DNA from: Vitrella brassicaformis CCMP3155
Taxonomy: Eukaryota; Protista; Chromerida
DNA length: 64,000 bases
Direction: 5' to 3'
Assembly (NCBI GenBank): GCA_001179505.1
Contig: CDMY01000322.1
Span: 57,887 to 121,886 of the forward strand
The translations under genes were made by a program, and so were the position numbers. The notes below the pieces were generated by a model. The model made no database searches and had not been told where the DNA came from. It saw nothing but the letters and a program-made list of their open reading frames with translations. Within the stretch, counting starts at the first letter, position 1. Each line of letters starts with the position of its first letter. Below are positions 25,201-37,546 of this stretch, piece by piece.

Positions 25201-27976
25201 CAACACGCTGAGGGTCGATAGATAGAAACAGACAGACCATTACTTCCCATCCCCTCCTCCCTCCTTTCTTTCTTTGCAGCCATGAAGAGGAGGCTGTGCA
25301 CGAGACAGAGGAGCCCGAGGAAAGCCGTTCCTCGCCCACGCAGGAGAGGTACACAAACAACAACAACAACAGTATCCACCCAACACCAACACGCACACAC
25401 ATGTTCTCTCTTGGTGCCTTCCGTGCCATGCAGGTCACCTGAGCCATCGGTGCCGCCCTGCCTCTTCCCTGCGCCGGCCGACAACGACGATGACAACGAC
25501 TTCATGCCCGTCGTCAGCAGACGCAAGAAGAAGGGCTCCAAGGCGCCACCCAAAACACCTGCAGAGGCGGGCGAAAGGGGCGTCGAGCACCCGAGAGTGA
25601 CCCCTGCGACAGATGCGCCACGCAGACAGACAACGACCAGGTAAGGAACGGAGCACGGCTGGCGCTCACCTGACCTGCACCCCTGTGATGCGGCTGGCTG
25701 TCTGCAGGGGTAGGGGTAGGGGTCCGCCTCGAGGGTTTGAGAACGAGTTTGTGTCGAGCTTGCGAGGTGCGCTTGATGGGCCGTCTAGCAGTGGGCCTTT
25801 CGGCTTCCTTTCCAATGGGCAGCCGTACTTCCCCGATCTCAACGGCACGTAAGGCGGGCGCTCCAGATGCTGGATATATGCTCTGACACACGATGGATGC
25901 ACACTTCTGCTGCGTCGTCTCAGGCCTGGCGGCAGGGTGCCCAGCTGGCCAACGGACCAGAGGCCTCTGCATACCCCACAGCAGCAGCAGCAGCAGCAGG
26001 AGCAGCAGCAGGAGCAGGATTGCAGGTACAACCAATGGTGGATGGGAGAGAGTTTGTGCGAGCGTGGAACCAGCCTTTCGACCGATGCTCTCTCTGTTCA
26101 GGTCGGTTCCATTTGGCGAGCAGCATAGCGTTGATACGAGCGCGAGCAAAGAGGCAGGCCCGCGAGTGGACAACAGGTATGCGCAGGCCGTTTGCCAAAC
26201 GATGCGTCTGTCGACCGTCTGTCTGTCTGTCTGTCTGTGTGTGTATGTGCAGGCCGATGGGATGCCCGGTGGTCTCTTGGGATGATGACGATGAAGACGA
26301 CGACGAGGAGGGGTAAGGCAAGACCATAGACAACGCCCCCTCCCTCTGATGGCGACATCCGATTGCTCTGTGGTGTCTGTGTGTGGTGTGGCAGGCCGGC
26401 CTTTCTGACGGCAAACGGTCCTGACGCTGGCATAGCCTATGACGCGCCTGAGCCGGTGGAGAGCAGCTATTTCGATTATCCCGACCCGCACTACACGATT
26501 CCGCCCCGTCCGATGGCGCCCCCTCCCCCTCCCCCTCCCCCACTAACGCAATCGCTTGCCGCTCACCCGTCTGGATCGCAGCCATTCCTGTCGGCCATGT
26601 CGCCATTTGACCAAAGGTGAGTGGGTCCACCTGCTGTAGGTCCACCAACACTGCTCTCTGGTGTGAGTTGCAGTGTTGGTGTGGGGCATTTCGCGAGTGA
26701 TAGCGGTTTGAACCACCACCAGCAGCAGCAGCAGCAGGGTAGCGGCTTCTTCGACGCACCCACGGCCTCGTGGGCTGCGTCTGCCCCCTCTCATGTGACA
26801 GTAGATGCTGACAGCAGCCGCAGCTACAACGACACGTCAGCCGCACACATAATGACAGCTTTACATTGCCCAGAAGTCCACTTCTCCCTCTTGTCCCCCT
26901 CTGTTTGATGTCAGATCGTTGGCTGCGTCGAGCTATCAGATGGACAGCATGGAGTACGGCCAGTCGCTGCTCGCGCAGAGCTCACCATGGGAGGGATACT
27001 CGTCGTCGGCCTTCGGGGTGTCGGTATATCAATACGACAACGGCAACGGCAACAGGTAAGGCATCCAGCCGGGTCGCATCCGTGTGACTCACTCACCACC
27101 CGCTGTCTGTCTGTCTGTCTGTCTGTCTGTGTCCCCTCTCCGACCGACAGCATGGCTCCCAACGGCAGCTGGTATGGTGCGAGCTCATCTTCATGCAGTT
27201 TCGGTGACGCCGCGCCTGCACCGGCAGCTGCAGCAGCAGCATCTGCCATGCCCCTCTACCCCGAGGCCGCTGCGCCCAGCAACAGGTCGGTCCGGACAAA
27301 CATCATTCCACACACATCGATGCCGGCACATGTGTGGGGTTTGGTGTGGTGTGTTGTGTATGTGTGTGTGTGTGTGTGTGTGTTGCTTAGCTCATCTCTG
27401 ATGCCCTTTGACGAGCTGGAGGACGCCTGGAACGAGGCACAGCAGCCCTGTTTCAACGTCCACACACACCCGCCGTAACAGACACAAGCAAAACACCTGA
27501 ATGAACCTCACTGTCGTGTGCCTCATTGGCCCGCTTGTGTGTGTGTGTGTGTGTGTGTGTGCAGTCCGCCCCCTCCCCCATTGGTGATGGGATACAAGCA
27601 GCATCAACACCAACACGGGCAGCAGCCGATGTATAGCGCCCCCGATCAGCTGAGCAGTGAGCAGATGAAGGACCAGCTGCTGCTGCAGCTCAAGCAGCAA
27701 CTCGAGGAAACACAGAGACGGTGCGAATGAAATGAGCACACGAGAGGGCCCGGCCTTCCTGTCTAATCATTGCCTTTGTTTGCGTGCAGCCTCGCGGCGG
27801 TGGAGCAGCGTTCTCAGCTGACCCAGGGGCCCTCCCCATCCACCAGCAGCAGTTCCGCAGCGGCAGCAGCCCCACCACCCGCACCATTCGCACCACTCGC
27901 ACCAGCTGCTGCAGTCGGGCAGTCGGGCTGGTCAGATGTGTGGAGAGAAGATGGTGTCGACCTGCAGCCGTGGTAG
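22228..27976 (+). CDS. Large hypothetical protein: helical (possibly ARM-like) N-terminal half, K/E-rich coiled coil, long P/Q/A/S low-complexity C-terminus
   Basis: Many in-frame exons bounded by GT/(GT)n-CAG introns, e.g. DPRAFGDACALISQAASL, LLEDPRILGSVMAAMKEE, EKEARRHAEELLAEERRAKAKADKK, and final exon ...DGVDLQPW*. No family recognised. Confidence 0.65.
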
Positions 27977-28754
27977 ATCGTTCGTTTAGCACACGGCTGG
28001 CGCTGACATAAGCAGCGGCACCCCTGAATAACGGCCGAGCAGCGTGCGCTGCAGCGAGAAGGCCACCTACGCGGACACCAAGGACAGCGTCGTCAGATGG
28101 GAGGCAGGCACTTTGGTGGCCCCTCTCTCTGTTTGTTGTGGGGCGGTCGGTGCATTGCCATTGGCAGGTAGTGCTTAACTCGGTGAGAAGTGGTTGAGGG
28201 AGGGAGTTGGTTAAGAGAGCTTTTCGTGTGTGTTGGCTTGTTTAACTCGGGTGGGGCGGGTGCACGTGGCTGGCATGTGTTGTGTGGGGTGTGTGTGTGA
28301 GGTTCCGATGCGTAGCAAGCGGCTGCTTAAATGGACACTGAGCTCCCTTGGCTGTGTAAGTGGATTGGCTGTCTGTCCGTCTGTATGCCTCCGTGCGTCC
28401 TGACTTCTTGCTTGTCAATAAAGGCACATAGACAGCGTTGGTCATTTTGCTTTGGATCGACCCGGCCTTACTCGTCCCTCAATCCCATGCACCTCACCTT
28501 AAGTAATGACCCTGCCGCCCAGCCGAGCAGAGACGATGTGTGCATGGTTGAGTCGGCTTCTCTGGTCGAACCCATGTTGACGATGCGTCAATCAGTGTGT
28601 AGAGCGAAGATCCAGGTAGGTATGCAGCACACGAGGTCATAAAGGACACACAGCGCGACACGTCTTCACATTCACGCAGCGCCTCGCAATAGGCCTACCC
28701 CATCTGCATGTCCGCCGAGAAATATGGCAGACACATCAAAGGGACGTGTCCACA

Positions 28755-30671
28755 CTAGCGAGACAAATACATAGGACAATACACACATGCGAGCATAAGC
28801 GTGGGCACGTGCGCCCGCGCCTGCCGACTATCGTAATGCACTGACTTGCTACTCTCCCCGCTCCTCCCCACCGCCCGTCGACAGACAGCTCTCACACACA
28901 GCCATTCGGCGAGCATGATCTCCGCCACCGCAGTCAGCCACTGCCAGCCATCCGGCACCTGCACACACACAGACAGATACAGCACCGCATGATCACCATG
29001 GTCGGGACAACCATGTACCTTGACTCTCTCCCTTCTGTGCTGACCTGCAGTGTGTAGATCTCCAAACCGACACATGTAAAGTAGTGGCTGGCAGCTAAGG
29101 TGGCCCATCCCTCCTCGTTGATGCTGCCCACGTACGTCTTGTCGTCGGGCAGCTCATCCCTCTCTACCCACTGGAGGCAGCTGCGCAGGTCGCCAGCCGG
29201 GCCTTGCTGCGGTCGCCCCCCATGCCCCAGCCACAGGCGGCCGCCAGCAATGCACACCATGCCAGCCGCGCCCCTGCTACCCACCACCGCCCCCTCTGTC
29301 CCAGCGACCTCCACATACTGTCTGTCGTGCGGCACATTGATCTTGGTGATGCCGCCCTCCTCGAATGCGCCACTGATGGAGTAGAAGGTCACGGGGCAGA
29401 ATGTCGTCTCCACTGCAGTGGGGTCGGCGGGCTGCTTGAGCTGTCCCTCGATGTGGGCGGCGAAGGTGTGGCTGCCGGTGTCCTTGGCCACCAGCAGCAG
29501 GTCGGCCGCCTCGCCCACCTTGGCCACCATGGTCTCGTGGGCCCAGCCGTCACGCTCGCCCCTGACACAGCCGGACAGACAGGAGAGGGATACGATGATA
29601 GCATCACAGCCGGCGGCTCATCTTTGGGTGACCCACTTGTAGAGCAGCTGTGCGGTCATGCCTATGTGGCGGGTCGTGTCGATGAGGGCCTGGAGGTCAT
29701 CGACGGGGAGGATGGGATCAGCCGGGAGGGTCGTCCACACCTGAACAGACAGACACACACACACACGTCACATCGACATGATGACGTCCGTCCACTCGAT
29801 GTGTCTGTCTGACCTGGTACACCTCCAGTCGCTGGGCGGTGAAGGAGTGGTTGTCGGCCAAGGTAGGATTTCCTCGCTCGTTGAAGGTGCCCACGTACGT
29901 CTTGTCGTCGGGCAGCTCACCCCTCCCCACCCACTGACAGCAGCTGCGAACGTCGTCAGTCGACCGCCCATCCTCCCCACACCCCAGCCAGAGCCGGCCG
30001 AGAGCGATGCACACCTTGCCCACGGGCAGACCCTCGTGGTCCTTCACCGCCCCCTCTGTGCCGGCGACCTCCACCGACTGCTCGTCATGTGGCACGGTGA
30101 TCTCGGCGATGCCGCCCTCCTCAAATGGCCCACTGATGGAGTAGAAGGTCACGGGGCAGCCGGTGGTCAGCGTCGATGTTGGGTCAGCCGGAGGGATGAG
30201 GGGCCCGTCGATGTGGCAGGCGACGGTGTGCTGCTTGTCGTCCTCGATGACGAACAGCAGGCCGCTCACACCCGCCACTCGCTCTACCAGAGTGCCAAAC
30301 TCTCCGCCGTCAGACGAACTCCTGACACACAAAGGCACCCAAATCAACACATGGCATCTCCCTCTTGTCCCCCCTAATGTGTGTTGTGACTCACTTGAAG
30401 AGGCATTTGATGTGGCTGTGCGATTTGCCGATCATCGAGAGGTACACCCGCTCCATGAGGCCGTACATGTCACAGGCATACAGCAGCTCGGCAGGCCAAG
30501 TGCTCGTCGGCAGCGGCGTGGCGGCGTCGGGGGCCAACCGAATGCGACGGACGTGATCCACCACCCTGCACACCACACACACAGCATGGAGATTTCGTGT
30601 GCCGCCTGGCTGCTGCTGTGGTGGGCTACTTGTGGAAGGTGTCTGCCGACACATCCCCGATGGGCCCAAAG

Positions 30672-30706
<35 letters not shown>

Positions 30707-31384
30707 GCCAAGATGACCACCACGCCATCTCATCTCCGCCTGTAGACCTACTTGATGAATCGGTCGTGCAGTATGCTGTAGTCGGCCAGCGTCGCGTCGG
30801 TCGTGGCCACCACACCGCCATCCGCCACACGCACACTCAGCACCTCACTGCCGCCCGTCCCGCCCGCCACCGATGAGCTGATGAACGGCCCCATGACGGC
30901 CATGAAGCCCCGGAACGCCTCGCTGTCGTGGTCACCGTGTTGCGGCTCGATGGTGACGGCCGTCTCGGCGAAGAAGCGGTCGTGGTAGAAGGCCAGTGCG
31001 GGGCAGCCCTCGATGATCTCACTCACGTCGATGCGGTTGCAGCTCAGGTGCCGAAGCTTCACAGCCAACCTGAACACACACACGGCGACTGCTGCTGCCT
31101 GTCAGCCATCGTGTTGCTTCCCTCCCTCCCCCTCACCAGATGAAGTAGAAGGGGTCTGCGTCAATGAAGTGAATGCGATTGTCGTCTGTGATCATCCAGC
31201 TGTCGAAGCGGTTCAGCAGCACCGCCAGGCAGGTGTCCCGCAGCCCCTCGCACAGCAGCACATCCCGAGGGAAGGCCATGACGAAGCCGCCCACGTTGAG
31301 CAGCATCGGCCGGCCGCTCATCTTCTCTGCTGGCCTGTGGATGCCGTCTGCTGTGGCCGTGCTGCTGCATGCCGACGCCTTCAT
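28755..31384 (-). CDS. BTB-BTB-TLDc-TLDc family, copy A
   Basis: KCTD-type BTB (LLNVGGFVMAFPRDVL...FIDADPFYF). Second BTB-like (TTDATL...RF...FHKVVDHVRR...LLYACDMYGL). TLDc-like 1 (CLFKSSSDG, LFVIED, TFYSISG, FTAQRLEVY). TLDc-like 2 (LLYK|GERDG...FTCVGLEIY). Confidence 0.85.
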
Positions 31385-33334
31385 GGATGATGCGGTGCTC
31401 CTATGGCGAGAGAGGGATGGCGGCAACCCAGGCGGCAACAGACGGAATGAGTGACGATTCGGACGCTCCGAATCGATAGATATCGACAGAGATGGCCTTC
31501 CGCGTCGCCCTGCTGCTCTTGTGAAGCCTCAGGACGGTTGGAAGCTCGCTACAGCCACCAAGGATCCATTTCCTGCGAGCTCAAGTGGCAAAAGAAGGCC
31601 TTCTTCGTAATTCCAGACGTCCAGCGTCGCTGCCCCATCCCTGCTGGCCATATTCGGTCACCAATTCATTCATTGACTCATCCACATTCATTCATTCATT
31701 GAGATGAATGATCATCCACATGTACACGCCATCCGGCCAGAAGAGTGGCAGAGCGCGAGAAAGCCCCCCGTCCCGCTTTCAGCTGACTCAGATTCCCCGC
31801 CCAGTCAGCCCAGGGATGAAAGACACAGAGCTCGATGATATAAAATGCAGGCAGCGATACATACCACCCTCGGCCGTGCCATCAAACGCTATCCAATCTG
31901 CGTCACGTGCATCATCGATGGCGTGGATCTCATGAAGTGACTGAGTCGCCTCGGACCATCCTGCCTTGCTCATGAGCCCCCTCTGGTCCCCTGTGTGCCA
32001 CAAAAGGCAAACAGACAGACAGACAGACAGACACACAGACACACAGACACACAGACATTGCATCCCCCTCCTCACGGACGCTGACACTCGTCTGTCTTCC
32101 TTCCAGTATCCACATGGAGGAAGATGCACAATGCCTTGACAGTGTTAGGTAGGTCCGTAGTCGGGCACAGTGAGTTCGTAGCTTCAATCGTGTAGGGTGG
32201 GCAAAAGAATGGTGGGCGTGGGGATAATGTTGTGGCATGGCTCGGATAGAGGCGAGGGACGGCGGCACACATGAGTGTGTCGCATCCCTCCTTTCCGTCG
32301 CGTGGCCTCTCGCTGACCAGGGTGAGCTCGGGAAATAAGGATGCAATGTCCTCGAGAAGGTCGGGATGAGTGTGGCTTCTTCTCCCATGGCGATGAGTCG
32401 ATAATGGCCTGTTTGATCCACTCCCGCACAATCCCGTCGGGCAGCTCGATGTCGTCGTCCTCTATTGAGAGGCACGCCAGCGACTGCGGGTGAGGGACTG
32501 GAAGGTTGATCTTCAAACGGGGCTCTCTCCCACCCAATCCATTGCAGGCAAAGTAACTTCCTCACCCTCCAAGCTGATGGCAAGGGATGCCACTGGAAGA
32601 GTGTGAAAGGGTCAGATGCCCCCAGACTTGGTTGGGCCGGCATGTCTGTGGGCTCTTTGATGATGGGATGGTGGCGCACTTCGCAGCAATTCGTCTCGTA
32701 GGTCGCAAACTTCAACGCCGTCTTCTTTTGTCCGGCGAGACACGAAGGCCGACGATGGCTGGCAGAGGTCTTGATGCTGCGCTTGTTCTGCCTGATGTGT
32801 TCTCTCCGCCTCCACGTCCTCAAAGAGGCTGGCTGCAGGATGGATGAGGGGGTATGGAATCGACCTGACAAATGGGCGGCCTTTTTGACAGCTCGACGCC
32901 GTCTCCGCTTGTCGAGCGAAATGTGGATGCCGATGAGGATGGCTTGTGAATGCTTTGATGCCGTCCGTGACTGAGGCGTCCACCTCTGAACATACGAATC
33001 ACACAAATCATACACGCGTAAGAGAGGATTTGTTACCTGCGCAGGATGGTGGCACAGGTGCTCGGACAGAGGCGCTGGGAACGTCGATGGCTGACGGGAG
33101 CCGTCCCCGCCTCTCGAGGAAGAAGCCAGACAATTGAGAAGCAGAGACCGTCATGATTTCCTAAATTCGTTATCACGTGAAACGGACTTTTTCTCATGAT
33201 AAAACAGACTTCTTGCAGCGTCAGGCAAGCCTTGAGCCCTTACAGGCCCGAATGATCCGAATGCGATGCATTTGCAGTGAAGTGCTTGTGCGAAACTCAC
33301 AAACGACCCAGCCATGACGCAAGCACAAAACACT

Positions 33335-33906
33335 TCGCGTCACACGATTATGTGTTTGTTTGTCAGTCAACAATCAATGATCATCGATGGATCATTGTCA
33401 TTCATTCATTCATTCATTCAGTGAATCACTGCATCACTACAGACAACCCTCCTCGGTTGCTTCGCTTGGGAGACGGCCGTGATNNNNNNNNNNNNNNNNN
33501 NNNNNNNNNNNNNNNNNNNNNNNNNNNNNNNNNNNNNNNNNNNNNNNNNNNNNNNNNNNNNNNNNNNNNNNNNNNNNNNNNNNNNNNNNNNNNNNNNNNN
33601 NNNNNNNNNNNNNNNNNNNNNNNNNNNNNNNNNNNNNNNNNNNNNNNNNNNNNNNNNNNNNNNNNNNNNNNNNNNNNNNNNNNNNNNNNNNNNNNNNNNN
33701 NNNNNNNNNNNNNNNNNNNNNNNNNNNNNNNNNNNNNNNNNNNNNNNNNNNNNNNNNNNNNNNNNNNNNNNNNNNNNNNNNNNTCCGAGGAGGGTTGTCT
33801 GTAGTGATGCAGTGATTCACTGAATGAATGAATGAATGAATGACAATGATCCATCGATGATCATTGATTGTTGACTGACAAACAAACACATAATCGTGTG
33901 ACGCGA
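33335..33906. repeat. Perfect ~120-bp inverted repeat flanking the gap, nested inside the TIR element
   Basis: 33335-~33455 is the reverse complement of ~33785-33906. Confidence 0.9.
33484..33783. other. Assembly gap (300 N)
   Basis: Run of N. Confidence 1.
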
Positions 33907-34269
33907 GAGAATGACAGAGTGATTCGTTCGTTCATGTCTCATCCAGCGGCCCGTCCCATTGCAGAATCACTGTCATTACACTGATGTATGAGACCTCTAA
34001 AGAGGAGCAGAGCGATCACAAGAGCGCACTCTGAAGTCTGTTTTATCATGAGAAAAAGTCCGTTTCAGGTGATAACGAATTCCTAAACACGTCCCGGGAC
34101 ATGCCAATCTGGCCTGTTGAGGTTGTTCGTTGAGCCTCCCGTCGGTGGCATTCTGCTGTTCGCTCCCGCCTGCCCACTGTGGCACACCCCCCAGCAGCCC
34201 GAGGATGACAGGGATGACAAACACTGAGCCATCTTTCCCCGACCAAGTTGCGGCAGCCCGAACAGGAAT

Positions 34270-34520
34270 ATCGCAATAAAAGGTTTGCGCGAAAGATGTC
34301 ACCGTGCGCAATCCCGAGCTCATGCGGGAAAGCCAGCATGAGGACGGACTGGTAGAGGACGGCTTTGATGTCGGCGTCAAGCAGCACTGTGCTGGTCATC
34401 CACTTGTCCGCCGACTGGTACCCATCGAGCAGCTCCAGCTGTAGCCACTGGTCGCCCCGCCCACGTGCTGCTGTGGTCGAGGCGATGTGGTCGGGGACGT
34501 CGACAAGGTCCGTTGCGCAA
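34270..34520 (-). pseudogene. Degenerate protein-kinase fragment (subdomains V-VIb)
   Basis: DQWLQLELLDGY...DIKAVLYQSVLMLAFPHELGIAHGDIFRANLLL resembles xLxxEy...Qil.al.ylH..gi.HrDlkxxNil. No DFG or APE found in frame. Confidence 0.45.
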
Positions 34521-34760
34521 ACACTCCATCTTTCCCCGAACGAGATGCGGCGGACCGAACGGAGGAATGCCCAGACCCAAAAGAATTCCGAACCAGCTTG
34601 GCGAGAAAGCGAAACCGAGCCAGCATTTAAACAATTTCGCTGGGGTCGTTGCGATGCATTCAAAGAAGCGCAAAGGCGGCGCTGGTCCCCTCTCTGCCGC
34701 CGCTGACGAGTCACCCCTCGAGACATTCCCCTCTTCGGCTGGCCATCGCTCGACAAGAAT

Positions 34761-36697
34761 GTGTCCAGTGCACTCGAAGCGCTCAGCGCCATCGAAGCGG
34801 CCATTCAACAGGCCCGCCAGCAGCTGCAGGGGGAGGTCAGTTCGACGCGTCAGCTCATCGAGAGCAACGGCGGCCGGCTGCCGAAGAAGGTGAGCGGGGA
34901 GGTGGAGATCAACGTGGGAGGGACGGTGTTCACCATCGCAAGGAAGAATTTGGTGCTTGAGGGTGTTAATGAGACGAACTTCGCCCGTTTGCTGCTGTAC
35001 CATCTCGAATGGCTGCCTGAGGACGATGAGGGACGGCCCTTTCTCGATGCATACGCCCCATACTTCACATGGTACAATGCACACACGAGGATCGGATGGC
35101 GAGGGAAAAATCAGCTCGGCTGCATCCGGCTGTGTTGTGCCAGGTTGGTTGATCAGCTGGACGTTGTCGCCTCAGCCAACTCGCAGGGCGTGCGCCGTGA
35201 CGCATCCGACATCGAGCTCGACCCTCCCCACGACACAGATCCCTCTTTCGTGTGCTACCACGAGCTGTTCTTCACCACCCAAGACGAGTATGAGATGGAG
35301 GTGGACGACGATTTCAACTTCGATGAGGACGACGAGGAGGAGGGCGAGGGCAAGAAGGCGCTGAAGGGGGTGCGGGGCAATGTCGGCACATTCCGCGAGG
35401 CTCTGCGGGGCCTCAAGGCTTCAGAGAAGGGCATCCAGCGCTTCTACGAGAAGATGGCGCCATTCTTCAAGTATGGAGATCCCAAGCAGACAACTGTCTG
35501 ACAACACGAGTACAAGCCTGTCAGGTCGATTCGTTTTCCTGTGGCCATCAGGTCTGATGGTGAGGAGGGTCGTGGCGATGGGGATGATGTCATGAGTGTG
35601 ACGGTGATGCCGCGGGGCGAGACCGTCGCCACCACACAGGCCACCCTATCGCAGCTGGGGCAAAACCACCTCCTGCATAAGAGATTCTCTACGTAAGCAG
35701 GCCGAGGGAAGGAAGATGGGGAGCACAGGTGCGCATCCATTGAGTTTGTGTTGTGTTTCCAGGCGTGCTGATGGATGGGGCACACTGCCGGTCAAGCAGA
35801 CGAGCAGCGAGCACTTCCAGAAGATCCTCGACTTCGCCCGCAGACGGCGGCTCGCTCCACGCGGCACCGTCATCGAGGCCCCCGCCACCGTGGCCCGCAA
35901 CCGAGGCCCGCTCGATCGCGACCTGCAGATGTATTCGATGCCCGTGGATGACGCCTACAAGTCGTTCCTGGGCAAGGACGAGATGCGCAAGCTGCTCGCC
36001 TTCACCGAGAAACACAAGCCCATCAAGAAACTACTCTACTCGTAAGCCCCGCCATACACAATGCACGAGGCAGCTTGCATTGGATTCCTTATCATGCATG
36101 TGCCAGGTCTGTCCGTGATGGCTCGGACGCGGACGCGATGCGCGACAGGATTGACGGTAAGGAGGGCCTCCTCGTGGCCATCCAGGGCAAGAAGAATGGC
36201 GAGACGCAGCGCCAGCAGTTCGGCGCCTTCATCAACGGCCGCATTCATGAGAGCATTGCGGAGATGAAGGAGGCCAACACGCTGCCGTCTTTCTTCTCCT
36301 TGGATGGGGAGACGGGCGAGCCGGTGAAGATGGACATCATAGAGAAGCTGGGGGAGGCCGCATCCGAGAACAGCGAGGGCGGGGAGCCGGCGGCCGTCAC
36401 CCATGGGGTGGTGATGATGGAGTTCTTCCCGTCTCGTCTGACGATGACACATGCCATTCTCCCTGACGGCAGTGTCACAGGCGGCGGCTTCTTCGCAGAG
36501 CAGCAGCTGAACGCCACAGCGGCGGCGATCACGACCGTCCCTCGATTTGATCCAGCCAGCGCAACCAATTCCATCTTCGCGGAGCCGTGTGTTGAGATAT
36601 GGCAGGTGAGTCCAGCGGGTGGCATGGGAGCGAAACGAGGAGTAACTCACATGGTTGTGTCTTCTGTGTCGGCCAGGTTGGGAGCAGACAGGACTGA
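34761..36697 (+). CDS. BTB-BTB-TLDc protein (diverged, single-TLDc relative)
   Basis: VEINVGGTVFTIARKNL...PFLDAYAPYFTW (BTB). VATTQATL...FQKILDFARRR...DLQMYSM (BTB-like). KLLYS|SVRDG, LLVAIQ...FGAFING, SFFSL, FAEPCVEIWQ (TLDc). Confidence 0.85.
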
Positions 36698-36931
36698 TAC
36701 CACTTCAAAAACAACATCGGCCGCGCCAAGGTCAGGAGAAAGCGATGGAATGGAATGGATGAGTGGGTGGGTGTTCACTCTCGTTTCTTTGGTTGGCTGC
36801 AGCTGCCGGCCCTGACTGATCGCAGTTGAGACACAAGCAGACTTGGCTTTTCCCCAGCCCACAGACCGACCCATCAGACCGATGCGCTCTTGCATGATGG
36901 ACTGCATGCATGTCATATGCATATGAAATGG

Positions 36932-37255
36932 AAGACACGCTTTATGAATGTCCATTGCTGGCAATAGAGCCCTTTGCCGTCGGTGCCCTCCATTGCCAGC
37001 AATAGACCCTCATTGCCGGCAACTGACCTCCTTTGCTGGCAATAGACCCTCATTGCCAGCAATGGAGGCAATGGAGGTCCCCCATTGCCAGCAATGGAGG
37101 TGCATTGCCAGCAATGGACGTCCATTGCCAGCAATGGACGTCCATTGCCAGCAATGGAGGTCAGTTGCCGGCAATGAGGGTACATTGCCAGCAATGGAGG
37201 GCACCGACGGCAAAGGGCTCTATTGCCAGCAATGGACATTCATGAAGCGTGTCTT
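36932..37255. mobile_element. MITE-like element: ~66-bp terminal inverted repeats enclosing an array of 12 palindromic CATTGC-NN-GCAATG-type motifs
   Basis: Left end AAGACACGCTTTATGAATGTCCATTGCTGGCAATAGAGCCCTTTGCCGTCGGTGCCCTCCATTGC is the reverse complement of the right end with 1 mismatch. Internal period is ~20 bp. No TSD identified. Confidence 0.72.
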
Positions 37256-37546
37256 GTGGGTGTTGTGTATCCATTGGTTCTCCATCCCATCGATGATCGT
37301 CAAGCGTTGTGTCTCTTCCATGCATGTACAGTGCTTGTGGCCCATTCCCGCGATTGACCGGCGTGTATTGTCACGTTGACGGCAGAGCGCTTCCTGTGCG
37401 CCCTTCCGTCAACGTGACACCTCCGCTCATCAATGGCAGGAATGGCCCACCGACAAATGGCAAATCATCTCTCACTTCTCTCTTTCGCACTTCATTCACA
37501 CACCACAATCGATTAACACACACACAGATGCACAGCCGCGTTTTGG

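Larger units (their letters stand above)
33166..34079. mobile_element. Non-autonomous DNA transposon with 47-bp TIRs and an 8-bp target-site duplication; interior partly in a gap
   Basis: TIR 33166-33212 (TTCGTTATCACGTGAAACGGACTTTTTCTCATGATAAAACAGACTTC) matches the reverse complement of 34033-34079 with 1 mismatch. TTCCTAAA directly flanks both ends (33158-33165 and 34080-34087). Confidence 0.88.

Noticed and set aside
24560-27720. Poly-Q/(CAG)n tracts as a special repeat system
   Set aside because: Short, in-frame low-complexity tracts that are common in this kind of genome.
31790-33015. 361-aa ORF 31930-33015 and overlapping coding-like patches (e.g. SIEDDDIELPDGIVREWIKQ)
   Set aside because: No recognisable motif and no consistent exon chain; it may be a decayed gene but I cannot support a call.
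33335-33906. Inner inverted repeat as an independent nested transposon
   Set aside because: No target-site duplication at its ends; treated as internal structure of the outer element.
36932-37255. CRISPR-like array of palindromic repeats
   Set aside because: Spacers are only ~6-25 nt and partly repeated, the array is itself inverted, there are no cas genes and the context is eukaryotic.
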